From a virus (Duplodnaviria; Caudoviricetes): a stretch of DNA of 26,978 nt. The notes under the pieces were generated by a model. It was not told the DNA's origin. It ran no database searches and saw only the letters and a program-made list of their open reading frames with translations. A program made the translations under genes and the position numbers. The stretch covers positions 1-26,978 of the IMG/VR virus record IMGVR_UViG_3300005764_000069; one strand, given 5' to 3'. Positions 7,544 through 15,661 of this stretch are shown piece by piece; within the stretch, counting starts at the first letter, position 1; every line of letters starts with the position of its first letter.

Positions 7544-7688
7544 ATGGTTGTCCTTTCGGTTTTTGGTTGGTCAATTGCCGCCGCTCTTTGAGAGTGTATC
7601 GATCGCCTCGCCGAGTGGCTCGACGATCGCACCCGCCACGGAAGCGGCGCGAGTGAGGCGCGCGCACAATCGGCCGCGCGCCGAAAAA

Positions 7689-8015
7689 CTAAGCACGTTG
7701 TTTTTTCTTCTCGCCGTCGCCCCGGCGAAAGTTTGGCGTCTGCTCACGCAGACGCCCGGATCCTTTCCCGAGCAAACCACCGGCGACGATGATATCCGCA
7801 ACGCGGCGCGCGATCGCTTCATCGGACGGTAAGAGCGGCTCGTCTGAATGTTCGGGCGTGCGAGGTACTTTGCGGCGACGGTAGTTACGGACGGCGGACC
7901 GCAAGAGCATCTCGATCGCGTTGCTCAGCGTGCGCCGTTCCTCTTTGGCGATCTCCCGGATCTCGGCTTTGAGATCCGGCGAGAGTCTAAACGAAGCTTG
8001 CGAATTTCGCTTCAT
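7689..8015 (-). CDS. Ribbon-helix-helix regulator (repressor candidate)
   Basis: SFRLSPDLKAEIREIAKEERRTLSNAIEMLL fits the Arc/CopG pattern. Confidence 0.8.
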   Translation of the reverse strand: MKRNSQASFRLSPDLKAEIREIAKEERRTLSNAIEMLLRSAVRNYRRRKVPRTPEHSDEPLLPSDEAIARRVADIIVAGGLLGKGSGRLREQTPNFRRGDGEKKKQRA

Positions 8016-8033
8016 AGGGCTTTGGGTGGGCCA

Positions 8034-8107
8034 ATTCTAGATCGATCGGGCGATTGTCTGTCAATGTATATCTTTACTTGACAAGGTGGACACGGGTCTG
8101 TCAGGAT
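8034..8107. promoter_or_regulatory. Back-to-back divergent promoters/operators
   Basis: Leftward TTGACA(8064-8059)-19 nt-TAGAAT; rightward TTGACA(8078-8083)-18 nt-CAGGAT with an upstream TG. GTCTGTCA occurs twice. Confidence 0.6.
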
Positions 8108-8151
8108 CCGCGCCCCACACTCTTCAGATCCCCGGCTCAGTGGTCCTAGTA

Positions 8152-8391
8152 ATGGATTCAGAACCCAAAAGCGCGTCAATTTTCGTTCGTTGTGGCAGGC
8201 CCACGCGTGAAGCGCTCGAAAAGCTCGCGGCCGCGGAGGGCCGGACGCTTTCCAACTATGTGCGCTTGATCCTCGAAAGGCACGTCGCCTCGCCACAAAA
8301 AAAGAACAAACGAAAGAGACGCAAGAGGCCCGGCAAGTTTCCGTTTGCGGTGGTTCAGTCGCCCAACCATCCGGCCGAAAGATTGACATAA
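8152..8391 (+). CDS. Ribbon-helix-helix regulator (Cro-equivalent candidate)
   Basis: SIFVRCGRPTREALEKLAAAEGRTLSNYVRLIL fits the RHH pattern; first gene of the rightward operon. Confidence 0.75.
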   Translation: MDSEPKSASIFVRCGRPTREALEKLAAAEGRTLSNYVRLILERHVASPQKKNKRKRRKRPGKFPFAVVQSPNHPAERLT

Positions 8392-8403
8392 AGCCCGGCG
8401 AGA

Positions 8404-8480
8404 TTCGGGGCGCGCGGCCGCGATCGCCAGTTGCGGACCGCGCAGGCGCTCGGCCTGTCACGGCCAGCGCAGGCCCCGGA
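8404..8480 (+). ncRNA. 77-nt three-stem RNA, C4/CI antisense-RNA-like
   Basis: Closing stem TTCGGGGC/GCCCCGGA; hairpin with loop TCGCCAG (8412-8443); hairpin with loop TGTCAC (8446-8470). Confidence 0.6.
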
Positions 8481-8569
8481 CCGTTAAGAGGGCGCGCGCG
8501 GTTCTCGATTTACCGGCGAAGGTCCGCGCGTGCTCTCGCAAACGGCGGGAGCGAATAAAGGCGGCCCAC

Positions 8570-8998
8570 ATGCTTCGACGTTGCCCACATTGCGGCGAAG
8601 AGAAAGAGGCGAACGATCGCAACTTCGGCATATGCCGCGCGCGGGCCGATGGGATGAACCTTTATTGTAAACCTTGCACCCGCGAAAAGATCCGGATCCA
8701 TCGGGCCAACCTCAAAGCGAAGCGCAAGGGCGAGGCGATCGCCCGGCCGAAAGCGTCGCCGCCGCTCCCGGTGGTCCGTCGCCACGGCGTGATCGCCGAG
8801 GCCCGGCGAGGTGAGCCCGAAGATCGGGTCCTGCGCGCCCTGCGCGCCGGGGCGAGCACGCAACGCGAGATCGTCCGGTTGACCAAACTAACGCGCGACG
8901 AGGTGACGGACGCGATTGCCGAGCTTCTCTTATGGCGGAAAGCGATCGGCACCCGGATCCGCGGTGAGCGGCGGCACTACTTCATCAAGGCGGCATAA
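8570..8998 (+). CDS. Zinc-finger plus winged-helix protein
   Basis: CPHC...F...DG...YCKPC N-terminus and a TQREIVRLTKLTRDEVTDAIAEL HTH. Confidence 0.75.
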   Translation: MLRRCPHCGEEKEANDRNFGICRARADGMNLYCKPCTREKIRIHRANLKAKRKGEAIARPKASPPLPVVRRHGVIAEARRGEPEDRVLRALRAGASTQREIVRLTKLTRDEVTDAIAELLLWRKAIGTRIRGERRHYFIKAA

Positions 8999-8999
8999 C

Positions 9000-9404
9000 A
9001 TGCGAGACCAATTGACAGACTTTGCCCGGCGCGGGGCGGCCGCGCAAAAAGCGATCGACGAGCTCGAAGGCAAGCGGGCCCGCGCGCGGCGGCAATTGAT
9101 CGAGGCCGAGGCCTCGGCCGTGCACGCGCTCGCCGCGGCCCGGACCTTGATCACGGAGCTCGAAGAGGAAAATCGGCAACTTCGCGAGACGGTGGCCCGG
9201 CGCGAGGACGAGATCTACACGGAAGAGGAATTCGCCGCGCTCTTCAAGGTGAGCGAGAGCACGATGCAACGCTTGCGGCGCGCGGGGAAGATCTCGCCCT
9301 TTTGGCTTGGCACCTTGCCGCGCTACTCGCGGGCGGAACACTTCGAGCGGGCGGCCGAGCTCTTCGGGAGTAAAAAGCGCGGCGCGTTGAAAGGGGTGGC
9401 GTGA
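9000..9404 (+). CDS. Coiled-coil plus HTH_17 (excisionase-like) protein
   Basis: YTEEEFAALFKVSESTMQRLRRAGKI...PRY fits the Xis/HTH_17 pattern. Confidence 0.75.
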   Translation: MRDQLTDFARRGAAAQKAIDELEGKRARARRQLIEAEASAVHALAAARTLITELEEENRQLRETVARREDEIYTEEEFAALFKVSESTMQRLRRAGKISPFWLGTLPRYSRAEHFERAAELFGSKKRGALKGVA

Positions 9405-9652
9405 TGTTTTTGGTGATCGTGATCGGGGCGCTCGTGGGCGTTGGTCTTTTTCTTTTGGGCTTCGCCTTCGGCGTGCATATGAGCGAGAGCTCGGCCGCGG
9501 TGCGTTGGTTTCGAGCTCACGAGGCGGCCGAGCGTGCGCGCCGGGCGAGTGTCGAAGAGGTGCGGGCCGCGTGGCGCGAGAAGCGGGCGCGCGAGGCGGC
9601 CACCTACAAAGCGCTCGGATACGAGAGCGAGGCCGAGCGGGTGATCGGGTGA
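9401..9652 (+). CDS. Small membrane protein
   Basis: N-terminal hydrophobic helix; overlaps the upstream stop. Confidence 0.65.
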   Translation: MMFLVIVIGALVGVGLFLLGFAFGVHMSESSAAVRWFRAHEAAERARRASVEEVRAAWREKRAREAATYKALGYESEAERVIG

Positions 9653-9795
9653 TGCCAAAAAAGGGCAAAGGGCGCAGGGCCGGATCTCGCGTTTGCTGGC
9701 CCTCTAAGGCGTCGCCCGGACGGCCTATGCCAAGGGCCGGACCGCGACCAAATCGGGCGCAGGGCAAAGCGCCAAAGCAAACGCGACGGCTTTGA
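9652..9795 (+). CDS. Small basic hypothetical protein
   Basis: TGATG coupling only; composition is unconvincing. Confidence 0.3.
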   Translation: MPKKGKGRRAGSRVCWPSKASPGRPMPRAGPRPNRAQGKAPKQTRRL

Positions 9796-9822
9796 GCACC
9801 GGTAAGGAAAGCGATCGGCCCC

Positions 9823-10533
9823 GTGGGTGAATATCTCGCCCGGCAAGTCTGGCGATCCGGACTAAGCGCAAAACTGAAACCCCTTGCGGCATGTATGGCG
9901 AGCCTCGGGCCGGATGAAGGGAATCGGATCTTTCCTTCGGCGGACTTTCTCGCGTGGTCCCTCGGCGTGGGCCCACGGGCGATCCGCTATCAACTCGCCG
10001 AGCTTGTCGCGCTCAAAGTGATCGAGGCGCAGGCGGGCGGCGGCCGGGGCCGGGCGACGCGGTATCAATTCAACGCGGGCAACCTTCCGCGGCGGCCTTC
10101 GTGGCGCGAGTATCGGGGTCAAAACCATGCAACCGGTTGCAGGGTTTCAGGTGCGGAAACTATGCAACAGGATTCCGCGAAACCATGCAACCCGATTCCG
10201 CAAACTATGCAACCGGTTTCACCCTATGGATCAAGAGATGAAAAAAGATCTATGTGGCAGGGCGCGCCGGGGCCGCAACGAAAGCGCAATCAGATCGCGA
10301 GACCGGCGAGCGAGCCCGAGCGACAAACGCCGAATCGGTTGTTAGAAGCGATCGCGGCCGTGGACCGGATCATGAAGCGCGAGGGCAAAGCCTTTGACGA
10401 AGCGATCGCCCTCGTGGGCACGCGGCCGGAATTCGCGGACCGATCACGCGGCGAGGATTTTATCGGGACGGTGATCTTTTATTTTCGGAAAGCGCGCGGG
10501 CTTGAGCTCAGCGGCGGAAAGGTCAGAGCATGA
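9823..10533 (+). CDS. Replication initiator (N-terminal wHTH, internal iterons)
   Basis: FPSADFLAWSLGVGPRAIRYQLAELVALKVI...GRGRATRY resembles HTH_36; repeats lie in the linker, as in lambda O. Confidence 0.8.
   Translation: MGEYLARQVWRSGLSAKLKPLAACMASLGPDEGNRIFPSADFLAWSLGVGPRAIRYQLAELVALKVIEAQAGGGRGRATRYQFNAGNLPRRPSWREYRGQNHATGCRVSGAETMQQDSAKPCNPIPQTMQPVSPYGSRDEKRSMWQGAPGPQRKRNQIARPASEPERQTPNRLLEAIAAVDRIMKREGKAFDEAIALVGTRPEFADRSRGEDFIGTVIFYFRKARGLELSGGKVRA
10122..10213 (+). repeat. Iterons / putative replication origin
   Basis: AAAC(C/T)ATGCAAC at 10122, 10157, 10180 and 10202, plus an inverted variant at 10136-10147. Confidence 0.8.
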
Positions 10534-10892
10534 ACGAAAACGAAACCGGCGAGCGCTTCGTGAGTCTCGCCACGCTTAACAACGGGGCCGCGATCGAGCT
10601 CTTCGACAATGAGCTCGACGCCGTGCTGCAAAACATTTTGGATCCCAACACAAAACCGGAGGCGAAGCGCGAGGTCGTTTTGAAAGTCACGATCACGCCC
10701 GCGGAGAATCGCCGCCACGCCGACGTCAGTATTCAGGTCGCGAGCAAGATCGCCGCGCCGCAGGAATCGCGCACGGTCTTTTTTCTCGGGAGCAAGCGCG
10801 GCCGCGCGGTGGCCGCGGAGCGCGATCTCAAACAAATGTCTTTCCTCGACGAGCAAGCGCCGAGGCCGATCCCTTTGGAGGTGCAAAAATAA
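10530..10892 (+). CDS. Conserved phage protein (first of a common gene pair)
   Basis: GAAIELFDNELDAVLQNILDPNT...KREVVLKVTITP; ATGA coupling. Confidence 0.75.
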   Translation: MNENETGERFVSLATLNNGAAIELFDNELDAVLQNILDPNTKPEAKREVVLKVTITPAENRRHADVSIQVASKIAAPQESRTVFFLGSKRGRAVAAERDLKQMSFLDEQAPRPIPLEVQK

Positions 10893-10895
10893 GTT

Positions 10896-11666
10896 ATGGC
10901 CCGAACTGAATTCGAGAACGAGGATCGCGATCTAATTCATGCGATCCAAGGCGCAGTCAAAACCGAAATACTCGACGTCGACGATCGCGCGTTTGTCACC
11001 CGCGAGATCTTCAACCCGCCAAGCCCGGCGCAGGCCGCGGCCTTGGTGACGCATACGTTGCAAAGCGTGATCGATTACATCACGAGCGATCGCAAGTTCG
11101 ATCACGTGGTCCCGGAGCTCGCGACCGACGATGGTCTCGCGGTGCATGTGGTCTCGCCGGTCAAAGTAGAGATCGTGGGCCAGATCGAGGATCGCTTTCG
11201 CAAGCGTGAAACCTTCGTCCGGGCCGAGGCGATCGAGGTGATCGGCCGGACCTTTCGCTTCGGCGAATTCTATCCCCTCGATCAATTTATCATCGCCCTG
11301 CGCTCGCTCTTCGCCGAGACCGAGGACGTTGACGCGTTGATCCGGATCCTCGGGCGCGTCGAGGATTCGAGCGTCAAGCAATTCGACGACGACGGCGTAA
11401 GCCAAAGCGTTACGGCGACGGTGGGGATCACAACCAAGCGCGACGTCGCGGTGCCCGCGCTCGTGACCTTGATCCCGTGGCGGACCTTTCCCGAGATCAT
11501 GAACCCGGCGAGCTCTTTCTTTTTGCGCTTACGCAAGGCGGACGAGGACGAGCCACCCGAGGCGGCCCTCTTCGAAACCGATGGCGGCAAGTGGAAGATC
11601 GAGGCGATCGAATCTATTCGCGAGTTTCTCACCGGCAAGATCGGCGAGGTCCCGATCATTGCGTGA
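10896..11666 (+). CDS. Conserved phage protein (DUF2303-like partner)
   Basis: TLQSVIDYI...DDGVSQSVT...PWRTFPEI..P.S.F.LR...LFETDGGKW; GGAGG RBS. Family recalled, not searched. Confidence 0.7.
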   Translation: MARTEFENEDRDLIHAIQGAVKTEILDVDDRAFVTREIFNPPSPAQAAALVTHTLQSVIDYITSDRKFDHVVPELATDDGLAVHVVSPVKVEIVGQIEDRFRKRETFVRAEAIEVIGRTFRFGEFYPLDQFIIALRSLFAETEDVDALIRILGRVEDSSVKQFDDDGVSQSVTATVGITTKRDVAVPALVTLIPWRTFPEIMNPASSFFLRLRKADEDEPPEAALFETDGGKWKIEAIESIREFLTGKIGEVPIIA

Positions 11667-11938
11667 TGGCGCAGGGCGGCGGATCGTGGCGCGATATCGC
11701 CCGGCCGGTGATCGCGCGTGTACTGCGCGAGACGGCCGGACAAAGCGAGCAAGAGATCCGGCGCGCGTTGCGGGTGGCCTATCCGTTTTTTGAGCGGCGC
11801 ATGTGGCCGTATAAGGTCTGGCTCGACGAGATCAAGATCCAACGCGGCCTCAAGCGCGCGAGCTTTCAGGCGAAAGCCAACCGGCCGCCGGATCCCCGGC
11901 AGATTGGATTTGACTATGGCGACAATCAAAAAAGTTAG
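11666..11938 (+). CDS. Conserved hypothetical protein (YPF.ER..WPYKVW)
   Basis: TGATG coupling; aromatic motif. Confidence 0.7.
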   Translation: MAQGGGSWRDIARPVIARVLRETAGQSEQEIRRALRVAYPFFERRMWPYKVWLDEIKIQRGLKRASFQAKANRPPDPRQIGFDYGDNQKS

Positions 11939-13025
11939 TGCGAGAAACCCGGCGCGCATTAAGAGCGTGATCAAGATGCTCGATGCGGCCCTCGAAGAGC
12001 GGGGCGAGTTTTTGATCCTGCGGGGCGTGGTTGATCCCGGATCACTCGACGCGATCCTCGTGCCCGATTATCAACGCGGCGTCCTTTCGCCTGCGACGAT
12101 CAACGGATTGGCCCGCGCGATCAAAGACAGCAAGGTCCCGGATATTGAGCTCGCGGTCCGGGGCGGCGATTTCAAAGAGCGCGAGGGGTGCTTCTATATC
12201 AAAGATCCCGTTTTCGTTGTGGACGGCCTGCAACGCATCACCGGCGCGCGCCGCGTGATGCAGGACGGCGGCGAGCCTTACCTCGGCGCGACGCTTTACT
12301 TCAACACGACGATCCCGTGGGAGCGCGAGCGCTTCCGGATCCTCAACGCCGAGCGGGTGAAGGTCTCGGCGAATGTGCTCTTGCGGAATATTCGATCGGA
12401 AAATATCGCGGTCCGGTTGATCTATGAGATGACGCAGAAGGATCGTAACTTCGTTTTACACGAGCGCGTCGCGTGGGGTCAGAACCAAAAACGGACGGAG
12501 GTGCTCACCGCGCTCGTGATGATGAAAACGATCCGCGCTTTGCACGCGCACCTCGGCGGCAAGCTCGGGTCGCGGTGGGATCAAGTGGCCGAATCTATGT
12601 CCCGGTTGATGGCCGCGACGGACCGCGGGATCCTGATGAAAAACGTCGCGACCTTTTTCAATGTGTTGGACTCGTGTTGGTCGATTCGCAATGTGGTTTT
12701 TACTGAAAGGCAAACGCACCTCAAGGGGACCTTTCTCTACGCCTTCGCCGATGTGCTCTCGCGACATTTGAATTTTTGGGTCGATCAACGCCTCGTCGTC
12801 GAGCGCCACCTCTTACGCAAGATCGCCCTTTTTCCGATTCACGATCCGGAGATCAAAGCGTTGGCCCACTCGGCCGGACAGTCGCGCCCGCTTTTGGGCC
12901 ACCTATTGATCGATCACATTAACGCGGGCAAGCGGACCGGACACCTAAAGCCACGGACAAAAGAACCGTGCATCACCGGCGAAGAGCTCGACGAGGCCCC
13001 GGAGGCGAAGGCCGCCGCGGCATAA
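11916..13025 (+). CDS. ParB/Srx-superfamily DGQHR/DndB-like protein
   Basis: PDYQR and VVDGLQR motifs, then F..LN. Confidence 0.7.
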   Translation: MATIKKVSARNPARIKSVIKMLDAALEERGEFLILRGVVDPGSLDAILVPDYQRGVLSPATINGLARAIKDSKVPDIELAVRGGDFKEREGCFYIKDPVFVVDGLQRITGARRVMQDGGEPYLGATLYFNTTIPWERERFRILNAERVKVSANVLLRNIRSENIAVRLIYEMTQKDRNFVLHERVAWGQNQKRTEVLTALVMMKTIRALHAHLGGKLGSRWDQVAESMSRLMAATDRGILMKNVATFFNVLDSCWSIRNVVFTERQTHLKGTFLYAFADVLSRHLNFWVDQRLVVERHLLRKIALFPIHDPEIKALAHSAGQSRPLLGHLLIDHINAGKRTGHLKPRTKEPCITGEELDEAPEAKAAAA

Positions 13026-13039
13026 CGAAAGGGGAAAAA

Positions 13040-13630
13040 ATGATTAAGGGAAAATCTGAGTTGATACCGCGCGCGCAGATCATGACCGGTGATCCGACGC
13101 GGACTTTCACCGTTGACGATGTGGCAATCCTCGCCGCCGATATCCGGGCCGAAGGCCTGCGCGAACCTTTGCTTGTGCGGCCCCGGCCGGATCAGGGCGA
13201 CGGCTTTGTTGAGGTGGTTTTTGGTGAGCGCCGCCTGCGCGCGTGCACCCACGCCGGGCTCGAAAAGATCCCGTGTTTCGTCTCGAATATCGGCGACGAG
13301 GGCGTGGCCGCGGCGCGGGCCGAGTATCTCGCCAAGCGCCAGCGATGGGTCGCTTTATATCCGGCCGTGCGCGCGGCCATGCTCGAAAAGGCGGCGCGCC
13401 TGAAAAAGCTCACGCCCGGACTACTGCAAAAGCTCGCGGCCGAGCTCGGGTTGCCGAAAAAGATCAAGCCCGCGGAGTTTGGCCCGAGCTTGGCCGCCAA
13501 CTTCATCCGGGACGAGGTTAACGCCGGGGCCGCCTCTTACTTTGCGGAAGAGCGGATCGCGCCGTGGGCCAAGGGTCTCGGCGTCGATATCAAAGCGATC
13601 GAGCGGAAAGAAAAAGCAAAGCGACGGTGA
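13040..13630 (+). CDS. ParB N-terminal domain protein
   Basis: LAADIRAEGLREPLLVRP...FGERRLRA; RBS AAAGGGG. Confidence 0.85.
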   Translation: MIKGKSELIPRAQIMTGDPTRTFTVDDVAILAADIRAEGLREPLLVRPRPDQGDGFVEVVFGERRLRACTHAGLEKIPCFVSNIGDEGVAAARAEYLAKRQRWVALYPAVRAAMLEKAARLKKLTPGLLQKLAAELGLPKKIKPAEFGPSLAANFIRDEVNAGAASYFAEERIAPWAKGLGVDIKAIERKEKAKRR

Positions 13631-13989
13631 TGAAGGGCCACGCCAAGGCCGCGCGCTTGCTCGGGCGCGGCGAGCATATGACAGAGGACGAGCTCGCGGA
13701 AAATATCCGCGACGCCTGCGACGCTTTTGGGTGGCGCTTTCTTTGGCTTCGCAAGACGTTCAACTCAAGCGCCGGGATCCTCGATCTTTTATTGATACCG
13801 ATCCGCGGGTTGGACCATCGCCACATCTTGCACCGCGAGCTCAAAGGCTACAGCGCCCGCGGCGAGCTCGGGGCGTTGACGGTGGACCAACAGCAAACGA
13901 TTTGGGATATCAATGCCGCGGGCGGCGATGCGGCAAAGTGGGATCCGCGTGATTGGACCAACGGGAAAATCATTAACGAGTTGAGATGA
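13630..13989 (+). CDS. VRR-NUC-like PD-(D/E)XK nuclease
   Basis: TEDEL...GILDLLL...RELK...LTVDQ...W.P.DW. Confidence 0.75.
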   Translation: MKGHAKAARLLGRGEHMTEDELAENIRDACDAFGWRFLWLRKTFNSSAGILDLLLIPIRGLDHRHILHRELKGYSARGELGALTVDQQQTIWDINAAGGDAAKWDPRDWTNGKIINELR

Positions 13990-14052
13990 TCGCGGCCGTG
14001 ATACAATGTGGGCCTCTCACACGATCGCCGGTAGCCAGCAAAACCGCGCGAT

Positions 14053-14110
14053 CAAAGCCTCGAAACCGCGCGGCTTATTTGGCGGCGGGTTTCGAGGCTT
14101 TGTTTTTTTT
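14053..14110 (+). terminator. Strong Rho-independent terminator
   Basis: Perfect 15-bp inverted repeat CAAAGCCTCGAAACC/GGTTTCGAGGCTTTG followed by T8. Confidence 0.8.
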
Positions 14111-14123
14111 CCGGGGTGAATAG

Positions 14124-14609
14124 GTGGCGAGCTCGCGCAGGGCAATTGCAGAACGGCGCGCGCGCTTTCGTGATGCAAAGCGGAGCGCCCGAGATCTCGA
14201 CGCGCTCATTCTGGCCCGCGAGCTCGACAAACTCTCGGCCCGCTTTCCTCGCTTCTCATTCTCGATCAACTCGCTCAGCTATCGCGTGCGCTTTCAACTC
14301 CGATCGCCGCAGGAAAAACAAAAGTTAATCCGGCGCGCGCTCGCGAGCTTCGAGCGTCTCGCCCTCGAAGAGATCCGCGACGAGACCGGGCTTGATGCGA
14401 CGGCCGTGGTTGAATCGCTGGCCCCGATGGTCCGGGCGAAAGAGATCGGGCTTTGCCTGCGCGACGGGACGCCGTATGTGCCACCCGTGGGCGCACGCCT
14501 CGACGCTCTCGGGCGACAATTGGATTCGCTCAAGCGGGTCGCGCCTACCGTGCCGGGCGAGCACGGACGGCTCGCCGTTTATTTTCGTTTGACGCCGCGC
14601 GAGGACTAA
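14124..14609 (+). CDS. Hypothetical protein with wHTH-like segment
   Basis: LEEIRDETGLDATAVVESL; TAATG coupling to the MTase. Confidence 0.6.
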   Translation: MASSRRAIAERRARFRDAKRSARDLDALILARELDKLSARFPRFSFSINSLSYRVRFQLRSPQEKQKLIRRALASFERLALEEIRDETGLDATAVVESLAPMVRAKEIGLCLRDGTPYVPPVGARLDALGRQLDSLKRVAPTVPGEHGRLAVYFRLTPRED

Positions 14610-15661
14610 TGGCGGAAGATGTGATCATAAAAGTCGATCCCTCTGAGCTCGTGCCGCTCGAAGAATCCGATTTGATCTTGGCCCGCCTTGATCAAGCTCG
14701 GGCTTTGTTGGCCGAGGCTAAGGACGCGCGCGACGCCAAGCGCGTCGCCGATCTGGCGCAGGCCGCCGAGATCTACGCGCGCCGCCAAAAGCTTTCCGAA
14801 GATGCGATCGCGTACGCCCACGAGATCCGGATCGAGGCGATGACCTTGCTCGGCGAATTCTTACAGGGCGCAGAGTTGAGCGAAGGCGGGCGACCACGAA
14901 AAACCGCGGGATCGGATCCCGTGGTTTTATTTGACACGCCTGCGCCGGTGGTCCGCACGCCCACGCTTGCGGAGATCGGGATCTCGCATGATGAAAGTAA
15001 GACCGCGCAGTTTTTGTCGCGCTTGCGCGAGCGCAACCCGATCGCACACGAAGAGATCAAGCGCGGCGAGCGAAGCATCACGGAGGTCAGGCGCGCCGAG
15101 GCCCGCGAGGCCGCGGCAAAGTTCGATCCCGAGATACCGACGGGCAAATATCGGATCGTGTACGCCGATCCACCGTGGCGTTATGGCGACACGCGCGACG
15201 GTCTCGAAGGCACAACCGGCGCGAGCGCTCACTATCCGACGCTCTCGATCGCTGAGCTTTGCGCGCTTCCGGTGATCGAGTGGATCGAAGATAACGCCGT
15301 GCTTTTTCTTTGGACCACATCACCGCTTTTGTTTGAGTGCGCGCCGGTGATCAAGGCGTGGGGCTTTCAGTACAAGGCGTCTTTTGTGTGGGATAAGATC
15401 CGGCACAACCTCGGGCACTACAACAGCGTCCGTCACGAGCTCTTGTTGGTGTGCACCCGTGGCTCGTGCCTTCCGGACGTTCGCACCCTCTACGATTCCG
15501 TCGTGAGCATTGAGCGGGGCGAGCACTCGGCCAAGCCCGAGGAATTCCGGGTGATGATCGACGCCCTTTATCCACACGGGCGTCGGCTTGAGATGTTCGC
15601 CCGCACGAAGGCGGACAAGTGGGAGATCTATGGCAACGAACTATTACAAGGCGCAGCTTGA
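14609..15661 (+). CDS. MT-A70 family N6-adenine methyltransferase with helical N-terminal extension
   Basis: IVYADPPW, HYPTLS, LFLWTT, WGF.YK, HSAKP and LEMFAR. Confidence 0.92.
   Translation: MAEDVIIKVDPSELVPLEESDLILARLDQARALLAEAKDARDAKRVADLAQAAEIYARRQKLSEDAIAYAHEIRIEAMTLLGEFLQGAELSEGGRPRKTAGSDPVVLFDTPAPVVRTPTLAEIGISHDESKTAQFLSRLRERNPIAHEEIKRGERSITEVRRAEAREAAAKFDPEIPTGKYRIVYADPPWRYGDTRDGLEGTTGASAHYPTLSIAELCALPVIEWIEDNAVLFLWTTSPLLFECAPVIKAWGFQYKASFVWDKIRHNLGHYNSVRHELLLVCTRGSCLPDVRTLYDSVVSIERGEHSAKPEEFRVMIDALYPHGRRLEMFARTKADKWEIYGNELLQGAA

Noticed and set aside
10122-10213. Mini-CRISPR or novel repeat system
   Set aside because: 12-bp units inside a replication initiator gene are ordinary iterons.
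13986-14609. TAG readthrough fusing the 45-codon uORF to 14124..14609
   Set aside because: The uORF runs through a terminator and is not protein-like, and the downstream ORF has its own GTG.
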